From the NCBI GenBank assembly GCA_965226795.1, contig CBDDDZ010000005.1, positions 1,088,001-1,152,000 of the forward strand: a DNA stretch of 64,000 bases, in the 5' to 3' direction. Under the pieces are notes generated by a model. It saw only the letters and a program-made list of their open reading frames with translations. It made no database searches and had not been told where the DNA came from. This document shows, one piece after another, positions 9,318-19,626 of this stretch; the first letter of the stretch is position 1, and each line of letters opens with the position of its first letter. This DNA comes from Candidatus Latescibacterota bacterium (GTDB lineage: Bacteria; Latescibacterota; UBA2968; GCA-2709665). The position numbers and the translations under genes are program-made.

Positions 9318-11189
9318 TTATACAAAGGCCGTGTGGACACTGAGTGTTTGTGTGTTCCGGGAGATGGTGATGTGGCCGTTTTCGGCTCGCAAGGCGACGT
9401 CCGCGGTGTCGCAGTCGATGCCGAAGGCGACGGCGAACCTGGCGCGCCCGGGCGGCAGGACGGCATCGACTTTGAGGTATTCGACTTCCAGACTCTCGGC
9501 GTCGGCGTGTCCGGGCTTGAGGTCCTTGTGTCTGTCCTTGACGAACGTGGCGTCTGGTGGGGTCAAAAGGCGGGCGTTCACAACTGTATTTCCGACCATG
9601 ATAGCGGCCGAGGCCCCGGTCGCCTTCGCCGCGCCTGCAAAATGAATGCGGGATTCCATTCCGGTCGCGTCCGCGACTTCAATCTCGTCGATGACGAGAA
9701 ACAATGCCGGACGCACGTAGAGGAAATGCCGGACAAAGACCGTGAGTTTGTGAATGCCGTAGGCCGATGAGATGGAAGCCCGGAGGTAGTCGTACGTGGC
9801 GGTGAATTCGACCTCTTCCACGGTACCGACGAGGCGGCGGTCGCCGGGTTGGCCCTGTCCGTCGAAGAGTGGCAGATTGTGACCGTGGGTCGATTTGAAG
9901 ATCCATTCGCCGGGATCCCCGTACCGGCCGATACCTAATTCGCGGACGGCGGTCCGGCGGCCGGCGTGGACAATATAGTTTCCAACATCCGCGTGGCCGT
10001 GGGGTTCGACCGTCGCGCCGATCTTCAGCGCCATGACGGGGGCATCGGGATCTTGCCATGATCCGCGCATGATGCACCAGCCGGCGTCGGGAAAGTAGGT
10101 CGACGGATGGGGCGGGGAGGGAAGTTCGGGAACGGTATCGGACGCATCCCAGAAAAGCTCCGCCAATTTGATGGAGGGCCGGCTGTCCGTGGTGAGCCGA
10201 TCGAAGTAGGCCGCGGCTCCGTGGCCGTATTCCTGCGCGAATTTGCGGAAGGCCATACCTCCGGGAAAGTGTTTGCCGCAGTCGGCGAAGTTGACCACGC
10301 GGTCGGGCGGGAGAAAGCAGTTGATCGGAAAGTCAACCGTATTTTTGAGTTTGGGATGATCGTAAAGGTTGATCTGTCCACTGGTGAGCCGTCGTAGTGC
10401 ATCGGAAAAGGGGAAGGAAGTACTGATGCCGTAGTTCCAGTACCCCGGACCCTCCTTCCACGAACCGTCGTTTTGGATGGCATCGTAGAATTTCGTGACG
10501 CGTTCGACGCATTCCCGAATGACGCCGAGCATGGCTTCACGAGGCCGAATGCCCGTCCGAAGATGGATGTGCCTTGCATCGAGCATAGCCAGGGCGCAGA
10601 GACCCATGTTTGAGACGCAGACGGAACACCAGTTGCTGTCGTACCGCGACGCCCAGAAGTGATGTTGCATGCCGCCGATGCAATGGCCCAGACCGCGCGC
10701 GAAGATCATGAATTCGAGTTCACGGCGCTGGTTTTCGGAAAGGTTGTCGTAGAGCAGGTCGTAGGCAGCGGCAAAACAGGTACAGGTATGGCTGCCGTCC
10801 AGATCCAGAAGCATGAATTCGTGGACCGGGTGGACCCACGAGGGCCAGCTCATCATTGAAGCGAGGCCCTCCCAGGCTTTTTCGAAGTAGGCCTGGTCCC
10901 GGTCGACCGCATAGGCCAATACATAGTCTTCAAGGAGGGACCGGGCTTGGCCTGAAAGGCGGCTGTATGTTTCCCAGACGCCGTTCCGGTAGCTTTTCTC
11001 TCTGGGTGGCGGCATCGGGAACGGATGATCGAGGCCAGCGTTGAGTCGTTCGCGTGTCTGCCGATAAATTTCCGCATGGGTGCCGTCGAGGCAGAGTGCG
11101 CGCACGCGTTCAAGGTCGGACCTGGAGAAGAAGAGATAGGGATGTTCCAGAGTTTCAGGAATGAGACGGTCGACGTCGGGGACGTTCAT
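9318..11189 (-). CDS. Heparinase II/III family protein (oligo-alginate-lyase-like architecture)
   Basis: HPYLFF start, SNWCSVC, DGSWKEGPGYWNYG, NFAD, FPDAGWCIMR, HGHADVGNY, GHNLPLFDGQGQ. Confidence 0.8.
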   Translation of the reverse strand: MNVPDVDRLIPETLEHPYLFFSRSDLERVRALCLDGTHAEIYRQTRERLNAGLDHPFPMPPPREKSYRNGVWETYSRLSGQARSLLEDYVLAYAVDRDQAYFEKAWEGLASMMSWPSWVHPVHEFMLLDLDGSHTCTCFAAAYDLLYDNLSENQRRELEFMIFARGLGHCIGGMQHHFWASRYDSNWCSVCVSNMGLCALAMLDARHIHLRTGIRPREAMLGVIRECVERVTKFYDAIQNDGSWKEGPGYWNYGISTSFPFSDALRRLTSGQINLYDHPKLKNTVDFPINCFLPPDRVVNFADCGKHFPGGMAFRKFAQEYGHGAAAYFDRLTTDSRPSIKLAELFWDASDTVPELPSPPHPSTYFPDAGWCIMRGSWQDPDAPVMALKIGATVEPHGHADVGNYIVHAGRRTAVRELGIGRYGDPGEWIFKSTHGHNLPLFDGQGQPGDRRLVGTVEEVEFTATYDYLRASISSAYGIHKLTVFVRHFLYVRPALFLVIDEIEVADATGMESRIHFAGAAKATGASAAIMVGNTVVNARLLTPPDATFVKDRHKDLKPGHADAESLEVEYLKVDAVLPPGRARFAVAFGIDCDTADVALRAENGHITISRNTQTLSVHTAFV

Positions 11190-11280
11190 GGAAACTCCTG
11201 GAGGCCAAAAGCAGCTGAAAAGGCGCGGGTCACCGCCAACGTACGGCCCGAATATTCGGTCTTAAGCGGTTTCGTGTGTT

Positions 11281-11309
11281 AATATAGCGCTGGGGTATTT
11301 GCTGGTCAA
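11281..11309 (-). promoter_or_regulatory. Putative sigma70 promoter of the heparinase-like gene
   Basis: Minus strand TTGACC-17bp-TATATT. Confidence 0.5.
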
Positions 11310-11337
11310 GGAGATGTGTTCGAGGGATGCGAGTTCA

Positions 11338-12213
11338 CTATGCGCTCTTCCTGGCCAGCAGAATGCGTTCGGTACCCGTGAGATCGGGAATGGTCCGTTC
11401 TGGGATGAGCCCGGACGACTTTTGCAGCAGATTCACCACCTCCGGGGCGGCGCCGTCGGCCACTTCCAGGGCCAGCCAGCCGCCCGGGCAGAGGTGCGCC
11501 GGAGCCCGGGCGATGATTGAGCGATGGAATGCGAGCCCGTCCGATCCGCCATCGAGTGCGAGCAGGGGGTCGAAGTTTCGGACTTCCGGTTGAAGGCCCG
11601 GCAGGTCGGCGGAGGCGATGTAGGGGGGGTTTGAGACGATCGCGTGGAATACGGCCCGGGATCGAAATGCGACAAGGAGGTCGGCGCAAACAAAGGCGAT
11701 TCGCTGGCGAACGGCGTTACGACGGGCATTTCGGGCTGCCAGGCGCAGAGCTTTTTTGGAAATGTCGGACGCGATCAGGCGGCTCCTGGGCAGCGCGTGC
11801 GCAAGCGCGACGGCGATGGGGCCGGCTCCGGTGCCAACGTCCAGAACCGTGGGCCCGGTATGAATATCCAGGCGGTCGATGAGCGTTTCAACCAGGATTT
11901 CCGTTTCAGGCCGGGGGATTAGTGCATCGGGGCCGACGTAGAACGGCAGTGAGAAAAATTCGGTTTCCCCGAGCAGATGCTGAAGCGGCACACGACTGCG
12001 CCGCTCATGAACCAGGGCCCGAAGTCGGTCATATTGCACAGGTGTGAGCGGGCGTTGCGGGTTTACGTAGATGCCGGAGCGACTGGTGTTCAGAACCGAC
12101 GCCAGAAGCCACTCAGCGTCGGCGCGTGGATCCGGTACACCGGCCTCCGCGAGACTGCGCTCCGTATTGGCGAGTACATCGGATGTCAAGGGAGGGGTGG
12201 AGAGTTCGGCCAT
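11338..12213 (-). CDS. prmC: Release factor glutamine methyltransferase
   Basis: PLQHLLG, ALIPRPETE, LDVGTGAG, VSNPPY, ALDGGSDGL; directly downstream of prfA. Confidence 0.95.
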   Translation of the reverse strand: MAELSTPPLTSDVLANTERSLAEAGVPDPRADAEWLLASVLNTSRSGIYVNPQRPLTPVQYDRLRALVHERRSRVPLQHLLGETEFFSLPFYVGPDALIPRPETEILVETLIDRLDIHTGPTVLDVGTGAGPIAVALAHALPRSRLIASDISKKALRLAARNARRNAVRQRIAFVCADLLVAFRSRAVFHAIVSNPPYIASADLPGLQPEVRNFDPLLALDGGSDGLAFHRSIIARAPAHLCPGGWLALEVADGAAPEVVNLLQKSSGLIPERTIPDLTGTERILLARKSA

Positions 12214-12248
12214 GGATTGCCCGTGGAAGCCCCTGGACCAGGTTGGCG

Positions 12249-13337
12249 TCAGGCAGAAATGGCGGTGTTCTGTTCGCTGTCTTTGATTTTTTCGGCATGG
12301 TCGGCGAGGCGCAGGGCGTTGATGAGGTCGTCCAGATCACCTTCGAGCGTCTCCGCGAGCCTGTGGAGGGTGAGTTTGATCCGGTGATCGGTAACCCGTC
12401 CCTGGGGGAAATTATAAGTGCGGATCTTCGCACTGCGGTCCCCTGTGCCCACCTGCGCCCTCCTGTGTCGGGAAGTTGTTTCCCGTTGATCCTGGATGGC
12501 GCGATCCAGCAGCCGCGCACGGAGGACCTTCATCGCTTTGGCCTTGTTCTTGTGCTGGGACTTTTCGTCCTGACATTGCACGATAAGGCCGGTGGGCAGA
12601 TGGGTAATCCTAACGGCCGAATCGGTAGTATTTACGCTCTGGCCGCCGGGCCCCGAGGAACGGTAGACGTCGACCCGAATTTCTTCGGGATTGATTTCGA
12701 TGTCCACTTCTTCCGCTTCGGGCAGGACCGCAACAGTGGAAGTGGACGTGTGGATGCGTCCGCTGGATTCGGTCTCCGGAATGCGCTGAACGCGGTGCAC
12801 GCCGCTTTCGTACTTGAGGTTGCCGTAGACGTCGCTTCCGCCCACCGAGAAGATGACTTCCTTGAACCCACCGATGCCGGTCGGGTTGGCGCTGAGCAGT
12901 TCGGCCCGCCACCCTCTGGATTCGGAGTAACGAGTATACATTCTATAAAGATCGGCGGCAAACAGCGCCGCCTCTTCGCCTCCGGCGCCGGCGCGAATCT
13001 CCACAATTGTATTTTTGCTGTCGTTGGGATCCCTGGGGATCAGCAGAAATTGGAGTTTCCCGGCGAGTCTGGATTCCTCCTGCTGGAGTTCCGCCTGCTC
13101 CTCGCGGGCAATATCAACCAGTTCCGCGTCGTTGGAATCCCCGATTATTTCTCCGGCTTCCTTGAGGCCCTTCGCAATTTGCTGATATTCGCGGTACGTG
13201 TTGACGATTTCTTCCAGCCCGTGATACACCTTCGTGAGTTTTCTGAACCTCTCGGGGTTGGCCGCAACGCCGGGCCGGGCCATCTCGGCGCGGATCTCGT
13301 TGAAACGCTTTTCCACACCATCCAGTTGACCGAACAT
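12249..13337 (-). CDS. prfA: Peptide chain release factor 1
   Basis: [29 protein letters not shown] (PxT), [23 protein letters not shown]. Confidence 0.97.
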   Translation of the reverse strand: MFGQLDGVEKRFNEIRAEMARPGVAANPERFRKLTKVYHGLEEIVNTYREYQQIAKGLKEAGEIIGDSNDAELVDIAREEQAELQQEESRLAGKLQFLLIPRDPNDSKNTIVEIRAGAGGEEAALFAADLYRMYTRYSESRGWRAELLSANPTGIGGFKEVIFSVGGSDVYGNLKYESGVHRVQRIPETESSGRIHTSTSTVAVLPEAEEVDIEINPEEIRVDVYRSSGPGGQSVNTTDSAVRITHLPTGLIVQCQDEKSQHKNKAKAMKVLRARLLDRAIQDQRETTSRHRRAQVGTGDRSAKIRTYNFPQGRVTDHRIKLTLHRLAETLEGDLDDLINALRLADHAEKIKDSEQNTAISA

Positions 13338-13516
13338 TCGACATCCTCATCAGGTTTACGTTTGAGACGGTTGCCCATGACACGGTGCTTCAAAGGCATT
13401 ACATGAAACGGGAACGGCGCCCGTCAGGTTGCAAGATTGCAAATGGGAACTGCCGGTGCGGCGGATACGTATTGCGCCCCGGCGTCGTCTCCCGGCAGAT
13501 AGTTGCGGCAGGCAAC

Positions 13517-13575
13517 AAAAAAAAGGCGAAGCGGTACGCACGTCCACCGGTAGGCGGACGATGCCGTTTCACCTT
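13517..13575 (-). terminator. Probable intrinsic terminator after rpmE
   Basis: Long imperfect hairpin (AAGGTGAAACGG...CCGCTTCGCCTT) followed by a T run on the minus strand. Confidence 0.55.
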
Positions 13576-13595
13576 ATCTGTGACAATCTGAATGG

Positions 13596-13817
13596 TTAAT
13601 CTTCGGCGGCTTCCTCGACCTTTATATTGTACCGCCGCCGGTAACGTTCAACCATTCCTGCGGTGTCCACCAGACGCTGCTTGCCCGTGTAAAATGGATG
13701 ACAGTTGGAGCAGATGTCTACCCGCAGGCCGGGCACCGTCGCGTGCGTGGTCAGGGTCTTTCCGCAGGCGCAGGTGATGGTGGTTTCCACGTAATCGGGA
13801 TGAATATTCTGTTTCAC
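13596..13817 (-). CDS. rpmE: 50S ribosomal protein L31, zinc-binding (C+) type
   Basis: GTG start after a GAGGA RBS gives [13 protein letters not shown]...[21 protein letters not shown]. Confidence 0.95.
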   Translation of the reverse strand: MKQNIHPDYVETTITCACGKTLTTHATVPGLRVDICSNCHPFYTGKQRLVDTAGMVERYRRRYNIKVEEAAED

Positions 13818-13867
13818 GTGGTACAAGTCCTCAGATCCGGAAGAGTCGATGAAAAACGCAGATGTGA

Positions 13868-13896
13868 AATATATACAAAACGGAATTCTTGCGCAA
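13868..13896 (-). promoter_or_regulatory. Putative sigma70 promoter of rpmE
   Basis: Minus strand TTGCGC-17bp-TATATT. Confidence 0.45.
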
Positions 13897-13989
13897 GAAC
13901 ATAAAGGTCAAACACGGCTACCGGAGTAGAAAACCGCCCCCGTCCGTGCAACCCCGGATTGGGGGATCATGAAAACAATACCGGGCCCC

Positions 13990-15297
13990 TTACAACTGTC
14001 TGTTCATTGAATCCAGGAAGGCCTCGTTGTTTCTGGTGCCGGCCATCTTCCCTTTGAGGAACTCCATGGCGTCCAGAGCAGGCATCTGGTTGAGCAGCCG
14101 GCGCAGGATCCAGACCCGGTTGAGTTCTTTCTCATCGAGCAGCAGTTCCTCTTTTCGAGTTCCGGAAAGGGTTACGTCGATCGCGGGATAGATACGTCGG
14201 TTGCTCAGCCGCCGGTCCAGTTTCAGTTCCATGTTGCCGGTACCCTTGAATTCTTCAAAAATGACCTCGTCCATGCGGCTTCCGGTTTCGACAAGGGCCG
14301 TGGAAAGGATGGTCAGACTGCCGCCTTCTTCAATGTTTCGCGCGGCACCGAAGAAACGTTTGGGCCACTGCATGGCGCTGGAATCGAGACCACCGGTCAG
14401 GATGCGTCCGCTGTGGGGGATGACGTTGTTATATGCCCGCGCAAGGCGCGTAATACTGTCCAGCAGGATAACGACATCCTGTTGATGTTCCACCAGGCGC
14501 TTGGCTTTTTCGATGACCATATCCGCCACCTGTACATGCCGCGTCGGAGGTTCATCGAATGTGGAACTGATGACTTCACCATTGACGGACCTCAGCATGT
14601 CGGTGACTTCCTCGGGACGTTCGTCTATCAGGAGAACAATGAGATTGACTTCGGGGTGGTTCGCGGTGATTGCGTTGGCTATTTTCTGAAGCAACATGGT
14701 CTTGCCGGTAAAGGGAGGGGCGACTATCATTCCGCGCTGACCCTTGCCGATGGGGGTGAGCAGGTTCATGATTCGTGTTGAAAAGTCGTTCGCATCGTAT
14801 TCCAGTTTCATGCGTTGCCGGGGATGCAGCGGGGTGAGGTTGTCGAAAAGGGTTTTCTGTTTGGCCAGTTCCGGATCTTCGAAGTTCACAGCTTCAACCC
14901 GAATGAGCGCGAAATACTTCTCGTCGTTCTTGGGTGGGCGAATCTGTCCGGAAATGGTGTCGCCCCTGCGAAGATTGAAGCGTTTGATCTGCGAATGCGA
15001 GACGTAGATGTCGTCCGGACCGGGGAGATAATTGTAATTGGGCGATCGGAGGAAACCGAATCCGTCTTCCAGGATTTCCAGTACGCCTTTGGCCAATATG
15101 AATCCATTCTTCGCGGTCTGCGCCTGAATGATCGAGAAAATCAACTCCTGTTTTCTCAGGCTTCCATAACCCTGGATCTCAAGGCCCTGGGCCAACCTTG
15201 CAAGTTCCGCAACGGTCAATTTCTGGAGTTCCAGTATATCTACGCCACTTGCCCGAGGTAGAGACTTTGGAATTTCTCTGGTCGTTTCGGTTGCCAT
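13990..15297 (-). CDS. rho: Transcription termination factor Rho
   Basis: GFGFLRS, DDIYVS, PIGKGQR, Walker [34 protein letters not shown] start chosen at 15297. Confidence 0.97.
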   Translation of the reverse strand: MATETTREIPKSLPRASGVDILELQKLTVAELARLAQGLEIQGYGSLRKQELIFSIIQAQTAKNGFILAKGVLEILEDGFGFLRSPNYNYLPGPDDIYVSHSQIKRFNLRRGDTISGQIRPPKNDEKYFALIRVEAVNFEDPELAKQKTLFDNLTPLHPRQRMKLEYDANDFSTRIMNLLTPIGKGQRGMIVAPPFTGKTMLLQKIANAITANHPEVNLIVLLIDERPEEVTDMLRSVNGEVISSTFDEPPTRHVQVADMVIEKAKRLVEHQQDVVILLDSITRLARAYNNVIPHSGRILTGGLDSSAMQWPKRFFGAARNIEEGGSLTILSTALVETGSRMDEVIFEEFKGTGNMELKLDRRLSNRRIYPAIDVTLSGTRKEELLLDEKELNRVWILRRLLNQMPALDAMEFLKGKMAGTRNNEAFLDSMNRQL

Positions 15298-15541
15298 TGG
15301 CAGATCCAATTCGTTGAAGTTACGGAGTGATCGATACAGGTAGTCAATCTCTCATGAATTCCGGCCGAAACTCAGGGAGCCGGAGGGAACGGCGGAAAAG
15401 CAGATCGGATGGAATTGTCGTTGTCGGGCAAAAAGGGAGTAAATCGAGGAAGTTTGTGTATCTAAAAGATGCCTTAGAGCGAGGGGCCGTCTGTATGTGT
15501 GCGGTAAAATAGCGGGAAGGAAGCGAAAAAATTACACTGAA

Positions 15542-15570
15542 AAAATAATTCAAGAGGTGTGTGTTGTCAA
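15542..15570 (-). promoter_or_regulatory. Putative sigma70 promoter of rho, leaving a ~240-nt leader
   Basis: Minus strand TTGACA-17bp-TATTTT with an A/T-rich upstream tract. Confidence 0.6.
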
Positions 15571-16011
15571 GTTTTTTCTTTATTTTTCCGGAAGATAGAG
15601 AAAATGTCATTCGATCGTAACGTCGGATCGATCCCAAATTCCGGCACTTTAAAGGAACAAAAAACCAGTTCCACCGGGCTCCTCGCCTGCGACCTCCCGG
15701 TCATAGCGGCTGCCCATGTGTCGGTGCTGTACCGGGCGTGCACTTCCCTGCAATCAGCATAGATCAGAGTCCGGATCAGGCACGGATGACCCATCGTCGA
15801 CTCTCCTGCATAACGAAACCAGTGATTGCTTTAAGTCATTTTCGCAGAGTATGTTCTGCGTTCAAGGTGCCGGGCTTGGGTGAGGGTATCCCCCAAGTAG
15901 TGCCGGATCGGCAACCAGGCGAATTGCGGATTTCGGCTGGAGAATCGGGCTTGCCTTTTACGGATGGGTTGCATAGGTTAGACGGGACCGCATGTGACCG
16001 GGAGAGCCATC

Positions 16012-17085
16012 ATGCCGAAATCTGCCGCGGAATACAGCGCCGCTCTGCTGGAGGGTTTAAACGAGGGCGTTATTGCGTTCGACCGCCACCGGTCGGCCGT
16101 GTTGGCCAACGGGGCATCGATTCGCCTGCTGGGACTGGCGGGACCCGAGGTGATCGGACGGGATGCCGACAAGCTCTTTGCCGGACATCCGGCACTGCTG
16201 AAAATACTGGAGGCCGGGTTTGGAGGTAAACTGTATTCGGAACCCAAAGACCTGATGATTCAGCAGGAAGAGGGTGGGATGCGTCGATTGGGCGCCACCA
16301 CGTCGTATCTGCAAGCTGATGCAAGACAGGGCGTGGTTCTGGTTGTACAGGACGTCTCGGCCCTGAAGCGGATGGAGAGGGAGATGTACCAGGCGGCCAA
16401 AATGAGCGCGCTCGGACGCCTGGCTGCATCCGTCGCACACGAGGTCCGGAACCCCTTGGGCGCGGTCGATATCCAGTTACAACTTCTGGAAGACGATCTG
16501 AGGGACGTCGAACGGGGATTGCGGGGCCGTGTTTATCACAGGCTCAATGTCGCACAGATGGAAATCAAGCGGCTCGACCGGATCGTTCATAATTTCCTGA
16601 GGTTCTCCAGAACGCCGAGGCTGGATCTACAGCGTATAAGCTTGAACGACGTCGTTCGGCATGTCTTCGACCTGGTCTCCCCGGAAGCCCGCGAGCGGGG
16701 CATTCGACTGATGCTGGATCTCGTTGACGGTCTTCCAGCGGTGGATGGAGATGAAAGCCAGTTAGGCCAGGCCGTCTTGAACATGACGGTTAACGCGTTC
16801 CAGGCCATGGAATCCGGTGGAGATCTCTGCGCACGAACATGGACGGATTCCGACGGCAACCAGGTCATTCTGTCGATTTCGGATACCGGCTTCGGGATTC
16901 CAGATGAGGAAATCGATCGAGTATTCGAGTTCTATTATACAACTCGTGATGAAGGAACGGGCCTCGGTCTATCCATCGCACAACATATCATCTATCAGCA
17001 CCGGGGGCACATCGAGGTGGAGAGCGAAACGGGCAAGGGAACCGTGTTCAGGATTCATATGCCGGCCGCCGAGACTTCGCATTAG
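16012..17085 (+). CDS. Cytoplasmic PAS-domain sensor histidine kinase (NtrB-like)
   Basis: N-terminal PAS (LLEGLNEGVIAFD...N), H-box AHEVRNPL, N-box LNMTVNA, DTGFGI, GTGLGL; no transmembrane helix. Confidence 0.9.
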   Translation: MPKSAAEYSAALLEGLNEGVIAFDRHRSAVLANGASIRLLGLAGPEVIGRDADKLFAGHPALLKILEAGFGGKLYSEPKDLMIQQEEGGMRRLGATTSYLQADARQGVVLVVQDVSALKRMEREMYQAAKMSALGRLAASVAHEVRNPLGAVDIQLQLLEDDLRDVERGLRGRVYHRLNVAQMEIKRLDRIVHNFLRFSRTPRLDLQRISLNDVVRHVFDLVSPEARERGIRLMLDLVDGLPAVDGDESQLGQAVLNMTVNAFQAMESGGDLCARTWTDSDGNQVILSISDTGFGIPDEEIDRVFEFYYTTRDEGTGLGLSIAQHIIYQHRGHIEVESETGKGTVFRIHMPAAETSH

Positions 17086-17250
17086 CGGTCCGGCCGACGG
17101 ACCGATGCCGTTTCGCTGAAACCCCTGTACTGGTCATCTTGACCTCCCGCGAATTCATTCAACGCACATACATCCCGCGCGTCATGCCATCGGCGCCAGG
17201 ATGGTTACGGCCCCTGCGACCTGATATGATGCGAGCGTGGACGGAGCGAA

Positions 17251-18606
17251 ATGAAAACAAAAGATATCCGGATCTTTGTGGCCGACGACGAGTACCACAT
17301 ATGTGAAGGGTTAAAGGAGTCGTTGCAGAACGTCGGATATTCGGTCGATGTCGCCTATGACGGCGTCAAGGCGGCCGAACATCTGAACGCCCGGGTCTAC
17401 CACGCGGCCATTCTGGATTTGAAGATGCCGGGAATCGACGGTATTTCCCTGCTGAGGCGGCTGAAAAAAACCAGTCCCGACACCGGCGTTATCATTATTA
17501 CAGCCTTTGGTGACGTCTCCACGGCAGTTGATGCAATGCGCATGGGTGCGTATGATTATCTGGCGAAACCGGTGGATCTCAAACGGCTGCATCTGTCCTT
17601 ACAACGCCTGTTGGAACATCAGGCTCTGGTTGCTGAGAACAAGGAGCTTCGGGCCTGGCTGGGTTCGACCGAGGCCTTTGGACAGATCGTTCACCGGAGT
17701 CCCGCCATGCAGCAGGTCTGCGACACGCTGGCGCAGGCCGCAATGACCGATGTGCCGGTTCTGGTGACGGGCGATACCGGCACAGGCAAGGAGCTTGTTG
17801 CCCGGGCGATCCATCAGCGAAGCAGCCGCCACGACGGTCCCCTCGTCGCGGTGAATTGCGGAGCCATTCCGGAAACGTTGTTCGAACGCGAGCTGTTCGG
17901 GCATATCAAGGGTGCGTTTACGGGCGCACACGCCGACAAGCCAGGCCGGTTTGCCGCTGCGGAGGCCGGTACATTGTTCCTGGATGAAGTGGGTGAGATT
18001 CCACTGGCGAATCAGGTGGACCTCCTGCGCGTTCTGGAGGAGAAGGTGTACACGCCAGTTGGCAGCAACTTGCCGAGAAAAGCCGACGTGCGGATCATTT
18101 TTGCCACCAATAGAAACCTGGAGTTGGAAATCAGGGAGGGACGATTCCGGGAAGATCTGTATTACAGGATCAACGTCGTTCCCATTCGACTTCCGCTATT
18201 GAAGGAACGCAAGGAGGATATTCCCCTGCTCGTGGAAACCTTTCTGGATGAACTCTGCACGCTGCATCAAAAGTCCAGGAAGCAGTTCACCCCCGATGCG
18301 ATGCGGATGATACTGGATTACGCGTGGCCAGGAAACGTCCGAGAGTTAAAAAACACGGTGGAACGAATCGTGGTGACGTGTTCGGAGACAGAGGTCCGTA
18401 CCGAACCCCTCCCCTCGGGCATCCGTGCGTCCGCCCCGGTTCCGCGGGATCTTGTGATTCCATTGAATTCCTCCATTGAGGACGTGGAACGCCTGTTAAT
18501 CGAAAACACGCTGACGCACGTAACGTCCAACCGGAAGGAAGCCGCACGCGTGCTGGGTATCAGCGTGCGGGCGCTGCATTACAAGATCAAGAAATACAGC
18601 CTCTAA
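17251..18606 (+). CDS. Sigma54-dependent response regulator (REC-AAA+-Fis HTH, NtrC family)
   Basis: ADDE...ILDLKMP receiver, GDTGTGKE Walker A, intact [30 protein letters not shown]-terminal [12 protein letters not shown]. Confidence 0.95.
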   Translation: MKTKDIRIFVADDEYHICEGLKESLQNVGYSVDVAYDGVKAAEHLNARVYHAAILDLKMPGIDGISLLRRLKKTSPDTGVIIITAFGDVSTAVDAMRMGAYDYLAKPVDLKRLHLSLQRLLEHQALVAENKELRAWLGSTEAFGQIVHRSPAMQQVCDTLAQAAMTDVPVLVTGDTGTGKELVARAIHQRSSRHDGPLVAVNCGAIPETLFERELFGHIKGAFTGAHADKPGRFAAAEAGTLFLDEVGEIPLANQVDLLRVLEEKVYTPVGSNLPRKADVRIIFATNRNLELEIREGRFREDLYYRINVVPIRLPLLKERKEDIPLLVETFLDELCTLHQKSRKQFTPDAMRMILDYAWPGNVRELKNTVERIVVTCSETEVRTEPLPSGIRASAPVPRDLVIPLNSSIEDVERLLIENTLTHVTSNRKEAARVLGISVRALHYKIKKYSL

Positions 18607-18642
18607 GCGCACGCGGCGCATTCACACCTCAGTGGCGCCACC

Positions 18643-18720
18643 TGCAATTTTTGCGCTCCGCGCGGGATTTTTGGGTGCAAAATTTGCGTCAGCAGGAACA
18701 GGAGAGTGGAGATTATGCGC
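18643..18720 (+). promoter_or_regulatory. Putative upstream activating sequences: three TGCA-N5-TGCG-like sites
   Basis: TGCAATTTTTGCG at 18643, TGCAAAATTTGCG at 18676, TGGAGATTATGCG at 18707; spacings of 33 and 31 bp; 70-145 bp upstream of a -24/-12 element. Confidence 0.6.
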
Positions 18721-18786
18721 CCGGCGATTGGGATCGTCGGGCGTAAGTGCTTATATAATAATTATCTATACGCGATCTGAGAAAAT

Positions 18787-18802
18787 TGGCATTAAAGTTG
18801 CT
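18787..18802 (+). promoter_or_regulatory. Sigma54 (-24/-12) promoter
   Basis: TGGCATTAAAGTTGCT matches TGGCAC-N5-TTGCW with exact GG-N10-GC spacing, just downstream of an enhancer-binding protein gene. Confidence 0.75.
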
Positions 18803-19038
18803 TATAATTTGGTTGACAATACCACGGGATTCGCTAAAACCGCTGAAATTCGTCAAAAGCCGCTATTTTACGGCGAATTTCAAGGGGACGATGCCGAGTT
18901 GACGGCGGTGGTTCGAGCCAAACGCTCTGCAATTATTGCATTTGTAAAAATGCCGAATTTCGATACAGTTACTTCGACGCACGAGAAACCAGACGCATGT
19001 CCGGATCGAACCGATCTCGGAACACTGGCGATATAGGT

Positions 19039-19587
19039 ATGGCGTTCTCAGAGTACTATAATGGCAGTAAATGGAAAACGGACTTTCACGGTGTGGTCGA
19101 TTTCCAGCCTGGTACGATGGTTGAAAGCCTGGAGCCCCGGGATCGGATGGGTGCAATCAAGGCGCTGGTGAACCGGTTGCACGGCGCGGGTTACGTGACC
19201 GACAGTTTGCGGTTTTTGCAATCCGTTCTGGACCGGGAAGACCTGGAGAGTACTGTTGTTGGCAACGGTGTCGCGTTTCCCCATGCCCGATGTCGGTCTG
19301 CCGCGCACCTGGGTATGGCGTTGGGCATTTCACCGTACGGTGTGGATTTTCACTCGGAGACACATCCCGAGCCGGTTCGGCTGATCTGCCTTGTGTCGGT
19401 GCCCGGAGAGGGTGATATCAGATATCTGCCCCTTCTGGGCTACTTGTGCAGGCTTTTCCATGAAGACTTTTTTTCAGCTTTTCTCAAGTCCCGTACGGCC
19501 GAGGAAATGAACTGCCTTCTGTTGCGGCAGATGAGCCGGCATGGGGCTTTGCCGGAGACGTGCAGAGCGCACGCCCCGGCGACGTAG
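19039..19587 (+). CDS. Stand-alone PTS EIIA type-2 (Ntr/Fru-like) protein
   Basis: VLDREDLESTVVGNGVAFPHAR (phospho-His motif), GVDF...PVRLI; start uncertain (18997 or 19039). Confidence 0.85.
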   Translation: MAFSEYYNGSKWKTDFHGVVDFQPGTMVESLEPRDRMGAIKALVNRLHGAGYVTDSLRFLQSVLDREDLESTVVGNGVAFPHARCRSAAHLGMALGISPYGVDFHSETHPEPVRLICLVSVPGEGDIRYLPLLGYLCRLFHEDFFSAFLKSRTAEEMNCLLLRQMSRHGALPETCRAHAPAT

Positions 19588-19626
19588 ACGTGCGTAACGC
19601 ATATTTATTTTGTGGAGGTCGGACAC

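Noticed and set aside
15600..16011. Second sigma54 promoter or enhancer upstream of the kinase (TGCACTTCCCTGCA at 15739)
   Set aside because: No convincing GG-N10-GC element was found, and the half-site spacing is 6 rather than 5
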